Positions 1 through 9,277 of a stretch of DNA of 64,000 nucleotides are shown here, in pieces; positions within the stretch are counted from its first letter, which is position 1; each line of letters starts with the position of its first letter. A model generated the notes under the pieces. That model ran no database searches. It had not been told where the DNA came from and saw only the letters and a program-made list of their open reading frames with translations. This DNA comes from Polyangiaceae bacterium (GTDB lineage: Bacteria > Myxococcota_A > Polyangia > Polyangiales > Polyangiaceae): the NCBI GenBank assembly GCA_050287085.1, contig JBNKBE010000008.1, forward strand, positions 183,798 through 247,797. The letters are read 5' to 3'. Both the position numbers and the translations under genes were made by a program.

Positions 1-100
1 CGGGCTAGGGCGTGCGCGCGCGAAGGAAGGACTTGGGCACCGTGGTAGCGGGCGCCAGGGTGCCGTGGGGCGCGCGCTGCGCCCAGAGGCCGGCTGTGCA

Positions 101-535
101 ATGAGCCTGCGCCTGAGGTTGTGTGTCGTCGGACGGCTAAAGAATGGCGGTCTCCAGCAACTCTGTGACGACTACGAAAAACGGATCCGGCGGCATTGCT
201 CTTTTGAGCAGCTCGAGGCCAAAGACGACGAGCAGCTCCGCCGTTTGATCCGGGACGAGGACTACAATGTCGCGTTGCAAGTCGGGGGAGGCGCCTACAC
301 GAGCCGCGAGTTTGCGGCCCGTTTGGAGCGTTGGGGACAGCAACGGGGCGGTCGAATAAGCCTATTCATCGGGGCGGCCAACGGCATTCCAGATGACGTA
401 GGAGCGCGTTGTCAGGCAGCGTTGTCATTGTCCCCGATGACGTTGCCACATCGGATCGCGCGGCTGCTCTTGTGTGAGCAGCTCTACCGGGCCACGACCC
501 TTTGGCGTGGCGAACCGTATGCGCGTGAAGACTGA
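101..535 (+). CDS. rlmH: 23S rRNA (pseudouridine1915-N3)-methyltransferase RlmH
   Basis: SPOUT motifs: N-terminal 'CVVGRLK', 'LFIGAANG', 'LSLSPMTLPHRIARLLLCEQLYRA..LWRGEPY'. ATG at 101 preferred over the track's GTG at 65. Confidence 0.9.
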   Translation: MSLRLRLCVVGRLKNGGLQQLCDDYEKRIRRHCSFEQLEAKDDEQLRRLIRDEDYNVALQVGGGAYTSREFAARLERWGQQRGGRISLFIGAANGIPDDVGARCQAALSLSPMTLPHRIARLLLCEQLYRATTLWRGEPYARED

Positions 536-566
536 GCTCAAGGGTCACGCGGCGCGCCAAGGGCGC

Positions 567-1337
567 CTATCCGAGCAGCGTTTCCTTCTTGCCAAACGCC
601 CACGCGATCCCAATCGATACGACGTAGAGCGCGCACAAGGGGCCGGCGAGCAGGAATTGGCTCAACATGTCCGGGGGCGTGAGAAGGGCGCCCAACACAA
701 AGGATAGGACCACGAAGTAGCGAGCAAACTTGATCAGATGGCGGTGATTCACAATCCCGGCGACACTCAGAAAAAACACCACAACCGGCAGTTCAAATAC
801 GACTCCAAACGCGATGATCATCCGCGTGATGAAGCTCACGTATTCACCGATCATGATGTTGGGAACGATCTTCAGCCCCTCGATCGGCTCGTTGGTGAAG
901 CTGAGCAGATAGGCAAAAGCGGTGGGGAATGCGAGCGTCATTCCGAAGTACACACCCCCGGCGAACAACAGGGTCGAGGCCACCACGAATGGAATGGCGA
1001 ATCGCTTCTCTTGTGCGTAGAGCCCAGGCGCGATGAAGGCCCACATCTGATAGAAAATGATCGGCATCGCTAGCACGAGGCCTCCCAAGAAGCAGAGCTT
1101 GAGGTAGGCGATGAACATGCCCGCCGGATCTGGATAATAGATCGCAGGCTCGACGCTGAAGTGGCGCACCCAGGCTTCTTTGAATGGAGTCGTGAGCCAG
1201 GAAAGGAGCTTGCCCTTGAAGAACCAGGCCAGGCCCCCCCCGAGACTGGCCGCGACGGCCATCTTGAACAAGCGCTGACGCAGCTCTTCCAGATGCTCCC
1301 AGAAGGTCATTCCTTCGTCGTTCTCAGCGGAGCTCAT
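567..1337 (-). CDS. tatC: Twin-arginine translocase subunit TatC
   Basis: 'MTFWEHLEELRQRL', 'YQMWAFIAPGLY..EK', 'FELP', 'LTPPD' motifs; about 6 TM segments. Confidence 0.97.
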   Translation of the reverse strand: MSSAENDEGMTFWEHLEELRQRLFKMAVAASLGGGLAWFFKGKLLSWLTTPFKEAWVRHFSVEPAIYYPDPAGMFIAYLKLCFLGGLVLAMPIIFYQMWAFIAPGLYAQEKRFAIPFVVASTLLFAGGVYFGMTLAFPTAFAYLLSFTNEPIEGLKIVPNIMIGEYVSFITRMIIAFGVVFELPVVVFFLSVAGIVNHRHLIKFARYFVVLSFVLGALLTPPDMLSQFLLAGPLCALYVVSIGIAWAFGKKETLLG

Positions 1338-2407
1338 GCTTCGGTTCCCTTGGACTGGGTCTGGGGATTGTCCAGTACATCGATGCTAGATTCAGTCTTG
1401 GGGGGGACGCGGAGGTCCGGAGGAAGGGGCAGCGCTCCCCCGGCGCTGTTCCGGGAGGGGGGCATTCTGGGGGGTGGGGGCGGCACCTGACCACGCGTAG
1501 AAGCGGGAGGGCCACTTGGGATCTGCCCTGTTCTCGACGGCGGCGGCGGTGGCGCTCGCATGGGAGCGGTCACGGACGGCAGCGGAGTTGGCGGCCCCGC
1601 TTCAGCATCGACCGCTTCAGCATCAACCGCTTCAGCATCAACCGCTTCAGCATCAACCGCTTCAGCATCAACCGGCTGCGTCTTGGGGGCGAGGATCAAG
1701 GTCTTGGCGACGTCGTCGTCGGATGCAGCGGCGTCTGGGCTTTGCCCCGCTGACGCATCTGCGAGCAGCGTCGGAGATTCAACGTCTACGACGTCCGTTT
1801 CCGCGCTCGCTGGCGCTGGCTGACCGCCGACAGCGGCAGCGTCCGCGCTCTCGGAGTCCGCGCTCTCGGAGTCCGCGCTCTCAGAGTCCGCGCTCTCGGA
1901 GTCCGCGTCAGCGTGGGCTACCTCGGCCTCTGCCGCCTGCTGTGCGGCCTCTGCCGCCTGCTGTGCGGCCTCTGCTTCCGGATCGGGCCACAGATCGTCG
2001 GCCAGGGCGCCGTAGGAGTCACACCCTTCGAGGGGGTATTCGCGCAGGGGATCGTCGGCTACGCCATCGTAGGGATCGACCCGCGCCGCCGGCACGGATT
2101 GGGTGGACCCAGTCTGTGCGCTCGACGTTGGGGCAGCCTTTGGGGCGCTTGCCATCGCTCCTACCCGGGAGAGCGCTCCCAGATCGCCTCGAACAATGCC
2201 CCGCAATTCGCTCAGGCCACCCGCCAGCCCCTCTTGGCGGAGCACCTCATCGATGCCTGACTGCTTTCGCATGTCGTGGGTGATGCGCCGCGCCTTGCCG
2301 ACCCACTTGCCGAGCGTACCGAGCATCTTGGGCAAGCGACTCGGCCCGACGACCATCAGGGAAACAAGTGCCGCAAGCAGCAGTTCGGAGAATGAAATCC
2401 CAAACAC
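1334..2407 (-). CDS. tatB: Twin-arginine translocase subunit TatB with long low-complexity C-terminal extension
   Basis: N-terminus 'MFGISFSELLLAALVSLMVVGPSRLP' is the TatB signature (E8, GPxxLP); overlaps the tatC start by 4 nt (ATGA). Confidence 0.9.
   Translation of the reverse strand: MFGISFSELLLAALVSLMVVGPSRLPKMLGTLGKWVGKARRITHDMRKQSGIDEVLRQEGLAGGLSELRGIVRGDLGALSRVGAMASAPKAAPTSSAQTGSTQSVPAARVDPYDGVADDPLREYPLEGCDSYGALADDLWPDPEAEAAQQAAEAAQQAAEAEVAHADADSESADSESADSESADSESADAAAVGGQPAPASAETDVVDVESPTLLADASAGQSPDAAASDDDVAKTLILAPKTQPVDAEAVDAEAVDAEAVDAEAVDAEAGPPTPLPSVTAPMRAPPPPPSRTGQIPSGPPASTRGQVPPPPPRMPPSRNSAGGALPLPPDLRVPPKTESSIDVLDNPQTQSKGTEA
1597..1975. repeat. Three in-frame tandem repeats inside tatB: 15-bp x5 (VDAEA), 15-bp x4 (SADSE), 21-bp x2.5 (AEAAQQA)
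   Basis: ccgcttcagcatcaa at 1597-1674; gtccgcgctctcgga at 1841-1907; cggcctctgccgcctgctgtg at 1924-1975. Confidence 0.95.
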
Positions 2408-2509
2408 AGCAGCAAGCTACTCTGCCGGCGAAGGGCGGGCAATGCCCTAGCGGCTGGATCGATGCACGAAGGGTGACCGGTCGGTGTTGCCCTCGCTGCG
2501 GGCCGGACC

Positions 2510-2635
2510 TCAACGACGGGCTTTGCGGCGCTGCTCTTCGACCTCGCGCCGCACCGCTTTCGCTCCGAGCATATAACCCGTAGCTAAGCCGAGAAGCAGC
2601 ACTCCAGGGATGTAGATGATGTGCTCGATCGGCAT
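2510..2635 (-). CDS. 41-aa single-TM small protein (not in ORF track)
   Basis: Manual translation MPIEHIIYIPGVLLLGLATGYMLGAKAVRREVEEQRRKARR*: hydrophobic N-terminal helix plus basic tail; starts 10 nt after the stop of the upstream CcmD-like gene. Confidence 0.7.
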   Translation of the reverse strand: MPIEHIIYIPGVLLLGLATGYMLGAKAVRREVEEQRRKARR

Positions 2636-2645
2636 CGTTTCGGTA

Positions 2646-2867
2646 TCAGGGTTCCGACTTGGCCAAGCTTCTTTCGACCCGCTCGAGCCGAGTGCTGAGG
2701 CTGCGCTGCTTGCGCCACGTCGTGGCCACGAAGCCGAACAGAAGTGCCCAGAAGAGGCAATAGGCTACGCCAAAAAACAGCCCGACATCCGTTGTTTTGG
2801 TTCCACCCTCGACCGGGCGAAAAGAGTTGGAGTCCTGGGCGGTGGTCGTTTCTGATTTTTGCGACAT
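2646..2867 (-). CDS. CcmD-like small membrane protein
   Basis: Single TM 'LFFGVAYCLFWALLFGFVATTW' followed by basic 'RKQRSLSTRLERVE'; AY...W pattern and position directly after ccmC fit CcmD. ATG at 2867. Confidence 0.65.
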   Translation of the reverse strand: MSQKSETTTAQDSNSFRPVEGGTKTTDVGLFFGVAYCLFWALLFGFVATTWRKQRSLSTRLERVERSLAKSEP

Positions 2868-2961
2868 AAGCTGAAGGGCGGGTGAGATCTCTGCATGGTG
2901 GCGCCGCCCGTGGGCGGCTATCAAGGTGGGGCGAGCAGCCCAAGTGACTCGGGGCTGGCGC

Positions 2962-3666
2962 TCAGTCGAGCAACCCCTCGCTCAGTGCCAGCTCTTCGAC
3001 GTGACTCACGCGGGCCCGTGTGAGCGCGAGCCGAGCCCGGGACCATAGGAGCACGGCCGCAACCAGCGACATCGCGACAAAGCCCATGAGCAGCGCCTGC
3101 ACCATGGCGGGGTGTTTTAGCCCGTCTCCGCCTTGAGTGATAACAGCCGGATGCGTCCCCCCCCATTTCCGCACCGCGTAGTGGACGATCGGCAGATTGA
3201 CGGTCCCGAGCACACCCAGGGCCGCCGCAAACTTTCGTTCCGCGTGACCGTCACCGGCAAAATTGCGCAGGATGACAACGGCGCCGTAAAGCAGGAACGT
3301 AAGCAATGTCATCGTCAGCCGCGGATCCCACGTCCAGTAGATCCCCCAGGCCGTCTTGGCCCATAGGGGGCCACTCGTGAGCATCACGAGGCCGAAGAGC
3401 GAAGCACACTCGGCCCCCGCTTGACCTAGCGCATCCCGAAGATCGGTGGGTTTGAGGAGGTACGCAGCGCTGCCTGCCAGGCAGACCGTCCCGCTCAGGT
3501 ACATCGCGTATGCAGCCGGTACGTGGAAGTAGAAGATCTTCTGCCCGAGCCCACCGGCACCAAGCTGCGCCACCGGCGTCTGAAAGAAGACGAATGCCAG
3601 CTGATACAGGAGCATGCCGGCGGCGGCGGCGAGGAGGGTGTAAAAAGCGATGTCTGACTTCTTCAT
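2962..3666 (-). CDS. ccmC: Heme exporter / cytochrome c biogenesis protein CcmC
   Basis: 'IFYFHVP' and the WWD motif 'WAKTAWGIYWTWDPRLT'; C-terminal His ('WGGTHP'). Confidence 0.9.
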   Translation of the reverse strand: MKKSDIAFYTLLAAAAGMLLYQLAFVFFQTPVAQLGAGGLGQKIFYFHVPAAYAMYLSGTVCLAGSAAYLLKPTDLRDALGQAGAECASLFGLVMLTSGPLWAKTAWGIYWTWDPRLTMTLLTFLLYGAVVILRNFAGDGHAERKFAAALGVLGTVNLPIVHYAVRKWGGTHPAVITQGGDGLKHPAMVQALLMGFVAMSLVAAVLLWSRARLALTRARVSHVEELALSEGLLD

Positions 3667-3750
3667 ACGAGCGCTCCGAGGTGACAGCCTACCGCGACCG
3701 GGCATCGATGTCCCGTTTCAAGCATGTTGGAGGCTCTGGGGTGCAAGGCC

Positions 3751-5250
3751 CTAGACGTTGCAGTTGGCAGTGGCCAGGAGCGCCAAGATCCGTGCTCGAA
3801 CCACTTCAAATTCTTTGACCACGAGGTCGAGTTCAGCCTGTTGCAAGCGCCGGCTGGCATCAACGAGCTCAAAGCTCGTACCCTGGCCGTTGACAAAAGA
3901 GAGCTTTGCGAGACGTGCTGTCTCCGTGGCGAGCTCGCGCGTCCGGCGACTGACAGCAAAGTTCGCTTCCGCAACCGTCACCGCACGGTTGGCCTGCTGC
4001 ACTTCGAGGCGTGCCTGTCGCTCTGCCTGGGTCAGCTGAGCGGCTTGCGCTCGCGCCTGCGCGGTGGCGGCTCGCGCTTGTCCCGCGCGCAAGCCGCCAT
4101 CGTATAGGGGCACGTTGAGCACGGCCGAGATGATCCACTGGGCGGGCTTGCCGTTGGTGGTAAACGGCGCGGTGCTATAGGTCACAGCGGAGGCAACATC
4201 TAGGGTGGGCGACAGCAGCCAACTGTTGCTTTCAACGTTGCGCTGAAGCACGGACTTGCCCGCCCGGAGGGCGCGCAAGTCCGCGCGCTGCTCCAATTCG
4301 GTCGGGGTGCATACCTCACGGGCATCGCGCGCCAACTCTGCGATACGAATGTCGGGGGTGACCGCTACGGCTTCGGAATAGCCGAGCGCCATGCCCAAAG
4401 CTTCGCGCGAGCGGCGAATGGATTCGTTGGCAGATAAGAGCTGGCCGCGCAAGACGGTGACCTCTTGTTCCGCCCGAAGTACATCCAACGCATTGCCCGC
4501 ACCGAGACGCGCCCTGCGGCGGGTTAGATCAAGCGTGGACAGGGCCGAGGAGAGGTTGACGCGGCTGATCTCGCCGAGACGCTCCGCCGTCACGGCGGCC
4601 AAGATCGTATCGGCGACGTTTGCCAAAATGACGCGCTCTACATCGGCCTGCTCCAGCTCTCGAACGCGCGCTGACAACTTGCTCGTCTGGGCGTCGTAAT
4701 ACGCCTTCGGGGCCAACAGCGTCTGACTGATCGTCAGATTGGCGGACCACAGGGTGGCCGCGCCCGTGTTGCCGAACGCTTGGGCCGCGATCCCAGCTGG
4801 CAGGTTCGACGTGGTGTTGAACAGCAGGTCCTTGCGGACCTGTCCAGTGCCGGAAACCCGTGGGTAGAGCGGGACCAAAGAGAGTCTGGCTTGGGCCGCC
4901 GCGATCTCAACCTGGGCGCGGGCCTGCTCCAGACCCGTCGAACGGCCACGAACGTAGTTCAACGCCTCCCGCCAGGTGCGTAGCACTCGAGCTGGAGGCG
5001 GCACCGGTGCGAGCATCTCATCGGCCGGCCAGGGCTCACCCGACTCGTCCGCCACAACCGGGGCTACAGAGTTGGCGACGGCGGTGGAAGGCGCGACCGC
5101 ACCGCTCGCCTCGCTTGTGTTGCTCGGCGCGGTCGCCTCAAGGGGGCGCGATGACCCGTCCGCCGCCGGACTTGGGCTGGCGGCCGCCACGCTAGGCAGC
5201 CCCAATAACCCGTGGACGACAAGCAAGCAGCGGAGGCGGGACGGCATCAT
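3751..5250 (-). CDS. TolC/outer-membrane efflux family protein
   Basis: Signal-like N-terminus from ATG 5250; two OEP repeats ('LYPRVSGTG', 'LDVLRAEQE', 'LNVPLYDGG', 'ELVDASRRL'). Confidence 0.85.
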   Translation of the reverse strand: MMPSRLRCLLVVHGLLGLPSVAAASPSPAADGSSRPLEATAPSNTSEASGAVAPSTAVANSVAPVVADESGEPWPADEMLAPVPPPARVLRTWREALNYVRGRSTGLEQARAQVEIAAAQARLSLVPLYPRVSGTGQVRKDLLFNTTSNLPAGIAAQAFGNTGAATLWSANLTISQTLLAPKAYYDAQTSKLSARVRELEQADVERVILANVADTILAAVTAERLGEISRVNLSSALSTLDLTRRRARLGAGNALDVLRAEQEVTVLRGQLLSANESIRRSREALGMALGYSEAVAVTPDIRIAELARDAREVCTPTELEQRADLRALRAGKSVLQRNVESNSWLLSPTLDVASAVTYSTAPFTTNGKPAQWIISAVLNVPLYDGGLRAGQARAATAQARAQAAQLTQAERQARLEVQQANRAVTVAEANFAVSRRTRELATETARLAKLSFVNGQGTSFELVDASRRLQQAELDLVVKEFEVVRARILALLATANCNV

Positions 5251-5269
5251 TGAAGCAGGGGGAGCGCTC

Positions 5270-7243
5270 TTAGGCCTCGGCGGCGAGCGCCGGATTCTGC
5301 GGCTCGGAGCGGGGTTTGGCGCGTTCGGGCGCGAGCTCTCGTCCGCATACGGCGACTCCGGCAAGCACTTCGAGCGCGTGGTTGAAGTTCGCCTCCGGCA
5401 CGTCCACGAAGGTGTGGCGCTGTTTGACATGAACGCTCAAGATGGCCTGCTCTGCGACACCCGCTTCCACAAGGGCATCGCGCACCTCGCTCGTGCGGGC
5501 CCCGTCCTTGCGACCCACGTTCAAGTAGAGCGTTGCCCGCGCTTCGGTGGCTTTCTCGGGCGACCCTGAGCGCGCGGGCGCACCCGAGTCACTGGCTGCT
5601 TCCGCCACGGACTCTGAGCGAGCAGAGCTGGAGGTCGGGTCGTCAGCAGAGGGGCTATCGGACGGTCGCCTGCGGGCGCGTCCTTTCTGAGCGGGCGCTT
5701 TCTGTACGACCGGTGCAGGGGCATCGCTTACGGAATACGCAAAACCCTCTTCTTCGAAAGTTGTCTCCTCGGGCGCCTCGGCACTGCGAGCGGGCGGGCG
5801 GGCCGCCCGCTCTTGGTCGCGACCTCGTTCGCGACGTTCCGACGGGCCGCGGCGCGCTTTCTTTTCCTTCACCACCGGGCGGGGCGCTGCGCTGCGGCGA
5901 GCAGCGCTGGCTGCCGCTTCTGCGGCGTCAGCCTCTCCGAGGTGGGCGGCGAGCAGCCCCCCAATCAGCGAATCCGCATCGTCGTGGGTCATCAGGCGCC
6001 GTGCCAGCGAAGCGTAGTGAGCGCCGTGAGGCAACACCGGAAAACGCAGCGCGAGCATCGCTACGATGTCCGCTTCCTTGCGGGTCTTCAGCTCCGCGCG
6101 GGTGGGCAGGTGACGCTCAACCGGCTCAATCTTGTACTTCAGCCGCAGATAGTACAAGTCGCCGATCGACGAGGGCTCCAGCAAGCTGATCGCTGTGCCC
6201 ATGCGACCGGCCCGACCCGTCCGCCCCGTTCGGTGCACGTAGGCCTCCGAGTTTTCCGGAAAGTCGTAGTTGATGACATGGGTCAGGTGCGAGATGTCGA
6301 TGCCACGAGCCGCCACATCGGTGCAGACCAAGAAGCGCAAGCGACCTTCGCGCGTCGCAAGCATCACCTGTTCGCGCTCGTTCTGATTGAGGTCGGAATT
6401 GAGCCAATCTGCATCGTAACCGGCGTCCTGAAGCACTCGGCACGCGCGCTTGGTCTCGTCCCGAGTGTTGCAGAAGATGATCCCGCTTTCGGGGTTTTCG
6501 ATCTCCAGGATCTGCAAGAGCTCACGCGCTTTGTCGCCGTGGCTGAGGTAAACGAAGTGTTGGATCGACAGCGCTCCGATGTGATCGCCACTGAGGGTGA
6601 TGAACTCGGGCTGCTTCAGGCGGGTTTCTGCGATCCGTTCAACCTGGCGCGGAACCGTTGCACTGAACAACAAGGTCTGCATCCCCGTCGGGAGCTGATT
6701 CCAGATTTCGGTGATCTGCGGCAGGAAGCCCATCGACAACATCTCGTCGCATTCGTCCAGGACGAAGGCCTTGAGCTTTCCTGGATCCAACGTCTTGCGC
6801 TGCAAGTGATCGAGTACGCGTCCCGGGGTTCCGACGATGATTTGGGCACCCGCGGCCAATTCGTCGATCTGCTTGCCCATCGGGGCACCGCCGTAGACAC
6901 TCACGACGGTGATATGGGTATGTTGGGCCAACGCTTCAAGCTCTCGCTTCACCTGAAGCGCCAGCTCGCGGGTCGGAGTCAGCACCAAAGCTTGGGCCGA
7001 GGCGTCGGATTCATTCACCCGACCGCTGACCAAAGGCAGCCCGAAGGCACACGTCTTGCCGGTCCCGGTACGGGCCTGCACAACCAGGTCCTTGCCTTTC
7101 AGTGCTGGGCCAAACGCGGCGCGTTGCACCGGCGTCGGACTAGTATAGTTTAGATCTTTTAGGGCGTTACGAATCGGCTCCGGTAGCGGAAGCACGTCGA
7201 ACGAGAGGGCTTCGTCGCCTCCCACTTCTTCACTGGCACTCAT
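5270..7243 (-). CDS. DEAD-box RNA helicase (DeaD/CsdA-like, DECD variant) with C-terminal DbpA-type RNA-binding domain
   Basis: Q motif 'PTPVQ', 'ARTGTGKT', 'PTRELA', 'LDECDEML', 'SAT', 'ARGID', 'HRTGRTGR'; C-terminal 'LYLNVGRKDG...HTFVDV'. Confidence 0.93.
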   Translation of the reverse strand: MSASEEVGGDEALSFDVLPLPEPIRNALKDLNYTSPTPVQRAAFGPALKGKDLVVQARTGTGKTCAFGLPLVSGRVNESDASAQALVLTPTRELALQVKRELEALAQHTHITVVSVYGGAPMGKQIDELAAGAQIIVGTPGRVLDHLQRKTLDPGKLKAFVLDECDEMLSMGFLPQITEIWNQLPTGMQTLLFSATVPRQVERIAETRLKQPEFITLSGDHIGALSIQHFVYLSHGDKARELLQILEIENPESGIIFCNTRDETKRACRVLQDAGYDADWLNSDLNQNEREQVMLATREGRLRFLVCTDVAARGIDISHLTHVINYDFPENSEAYVHRTGRTGRAGRMGTAISLLEPSSIGDLYYLRLKYKIEPVERHLPTRAELKTRKEADIVAMLALRFPVLPHGAHYASLARRLMTHDDADSLIGGLLAAHLGEADAAEAAASAARRSAAPRPVVKEKKARRGPSERRERGRDQERAARPPARSAEAPEETTFEEEGFAYSVSDAPAPVVQKAPAQKGRARRRPSDSPSADDPTSSSARSESVAEAASDSGAPARSGSPEKATEARATLYLNVGRKDGARTSEVRDALVEAGVAEQAILSVHVKQRHTFVDVPEANFNHALEVLAGVAVCGRELAPERAKPRSEPQNPALAAEA

Positions 7244-7303
7244 AGTCGAGCGGCGAGCTTAGTCGTCGTGCCCGGCGCTTTCCAGCGGGAAGCAGGATTC
7301 CCG

Positions 7304-7888
7304 TCATTCTTGCTTCGACCGGGACTTCGTTTCCGCGGCGCGCAGTCCGGTGCTTGCACTCGCCACCGCCGCGCGCAGGCGGTGGACGCGCTCCAATTCG
7401 GTCCGGAGCGCGAGCTCCTCCGAGTAGCGCAGGCGCTCCAGTAGTAGCAGTAGGTCGATCGCGGGCCGATCCCCGGCGCAGGCGGCGTGTAGCGCCGCGA
7501 CACGATTGGCTTGTCCGTCCAGCTGCTTGCGAAACACGGACAAGGCCTCCTTAGGGGGAACGAAGGAAGCGGCCGACTGGCGGGCTTGTTCAAGACGCTC
7601 CTGCAGCTCCAGAACCCCCGGGCGACAGGCAGCTTCAGGCTCCGTGGGCTTGGGCCAGAAGCTCTGATCTATCACCTGCCAGGCGAAAGTCGCGGTGATC
7701 GCCGCAACCAGCGCAGCGAATAGGCCATTGCCAATGAGGCGCACTCGTCGTTGGGCGTTGCGCGCGGCCCCTTGCGGCGAGTTTTCGGCCGCGTCGGTTC
7801 CCACGTCGCCCGCGCTGGCACCTTCGGTAGTTTCAGGACCGGACGGCATGTCCGCCTGGCTGTACTCGGATCCGCTCCTATGAGTCAA
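7304..7888 (-). CDS. Hypothetical single-TM membrane protein
   Basis: TM 'LIGNGLFAALVAAITATFAWQV' followed by a helical domain with two Cys; start uncertain (TTG 7888 or ATG 7849). Confidence 0.65.
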   Translation of the reverse strand: MTHRSGSEYSQADMPSGPETTEGASAGDVGTDAAENSPQGAARNAQRRVRLIGNGLFAALVAAITATFAWQVIDQSFWPKPTEPEAACRPGVLELQERLEQARQSAASFVPPKEALSVFRKQLDGQANRVAALHAACAGDRPAIDLLLLLERLRYSEELALRTELERVHRLRAAVASASTGLRAAETKSRSKQE

Positions 7889-8109
7889 ACGCTTGCGACG
7901 GAAGCGCTGGCGCTGTAGGGGAACTCGTTCGCGTGTTTCCCACCTCCTGTTGGGGTGGACCGTGAATCGCTAGCTCCTCCCTACGAGACATTCGACCTTG
8001 CACCCTTTGCGTGCACCCCGTGCGCGCCGCTTGCGGCCGCGCCCCAGAGCCGTGCGGTTTGGCGCGCAGTTCGAAGGCACTGACTAGAGCCCCGCAGCAA
8101 CATTCACCG

Positions 8110-9141
8110 ATGAGCCTGACGACCGAAAGTGCCCTAGAATCCCTCTCCAACTCAGCTCTACCTGTCGGGGATGCTCGACAAGAGGCGCGCCTGGCGCACA
8201 TCTCGGAGCTGCTCTTGGACGACCTCTCCTGGGTTGAAGCCACCTTGGCCCGCGTCTCGCGAGACGGAGAGGCCCCGGCCACCGCCGCCGCGCGACACCT
8301 GATCGAGAACGGCGGCAAGCGCGTCAGGCCGACGGCCACTCTGCTCAGCGCATCGTGTTTTGGGGCGATTACGCCGTCCGTGCGGGAGCTTTCCGTGGTC
8401 GTGGAGCTGGTGCACAACGCTACGTTGCTGCACGACGACGTGATCGACGAAGGCATGGAACGTCGCGGAGCGTCGACCTCGCGGCTGATGTGGGGCAACG
8501 CCGTCAGCGTGTTGGCGGGTGACGTGTTGTTGGTTCACGCTTTGCGTCGGACTCAGAGCGAGCTCCCGGCGTTGATGCCGGACCTGTTGGAGATGCTGTT
8601 TCGCCTGGTTTCCGGAGAGGTCGTCCAGCTGCGTGGTCGAGCTTCTTTGGACACGACCCGAGAGCGTTATGAGCAGGTTCTGGCGGACAAGACGGCCTCG
8701 CTCTTCAATTTCGCGGCATCCAACGGCGCGCGGCTGGCCGGGGCTTCGACTCGGGAGCAACAGGCCTTGGGCGTTTTTGGCGAGGGGGTTGGGATGGCCT
8801 TCCAGTTGGTCGACGACGTGCTCGACTATTCCTCCGAGACCACCGGCAAGACCCTGTGTGCCGATCTGCGGGAGGGCAAGATCACACTACCGCTGGTGCT
8901 GGCAGTCGAGCAAGAGCCCGCCTTGCTCGCGCAGCTGCAGTGCATCCATCAGGGTGACGGCGACGAGCTCGTGGCGCGCGTCCATCGCCGCGTGATGGAG
9001 CTTGGCGTGTGTCGTCACGTCGTAGAACGAGCCCGGCTCGAGACCCAACGCGCGGTATCAGCGTTGGAGATGGTGCCAGCGTCGGACGCGCGTGAGCTAC
9101 TTCGATCCATCGCGCTCGAGTTGGTTGAGCGCGTGAGCTAA
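8110..9141 (+). CDS. ispB: Polyprenyl diphosphate synthase (IspB-like)
   Basis: 'GGKRVRP', first Asp-rich motif 'HDDVID..RRG', 'KTASLF', second motif 'FQLVDDVLD'. Ala five residues before the first DDxxD suggests a long-chain product. Confidence 0.85.
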   Translation: MSLTTESALESLSNSALPVGDARQEARLAHISELLLDDLSWVEATLARVSRDGEAPATAAARHLIENGGKRVRPTATLLSASCFGAITPSVRELSVVVELVHNATLLHDDVIDEGMERRGASTSRLMWGNAVSVLAGDVLLVHALRRTQSELPALMPDLLEMLFRLVSGEVVQLRGRASLDTTRERYEQVLADKTASLFNFAASNGARLAGASTREQQALGVFGEGVGMAFQLVDDVLDYSSETTGKTLCADLREGKITLPLVLAVEQEPALLAQLQCIHQGDGDELVARVHRRVMELGVCRHVVERARLETQRAVSALEMVPASDARELLRSIALELVERVS

Positions 9142-9194
9142 GCTCCGAGCCACACTGGAGTCCGAGCGCCGCGGTGGCCTGGCGACTTCCGCGG

Positions 9195-9270
9195 CCCGAG
9201 CAGGCTCAGGTCAACCCGCGCAGGTCACCCGAGCAGACTCAGGTCAACCCGAGCAGACTCAGGTTAACCC
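9195..9270. repeat. Intergenic 20-bp tandem repeat (cccgagcagactcaggtcaa, 3 full copies plus 1 truncated)
   Basis: Read directly between the convergent ispB and TPR genes. Confidence 0.9.
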
Positions 9271-9277
9271 GCCGGGC

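Noticed and set aside
5813..7153. Long antisense ORFs (446 aa here; also 19160-20242, 24134-25222, 41847-42899, 49124-50047)
   Set aside because: They are shadow frames opposite well-supported genes, expected from high-GC codon bias, and have no recognisable motifs.
9195..9270. Intergenic repeats (also 33124 and 62404) as mini-CRISPR arrays
   Set aside because: The units are directly adjacent with no unique spacers, and there are no cas genes.
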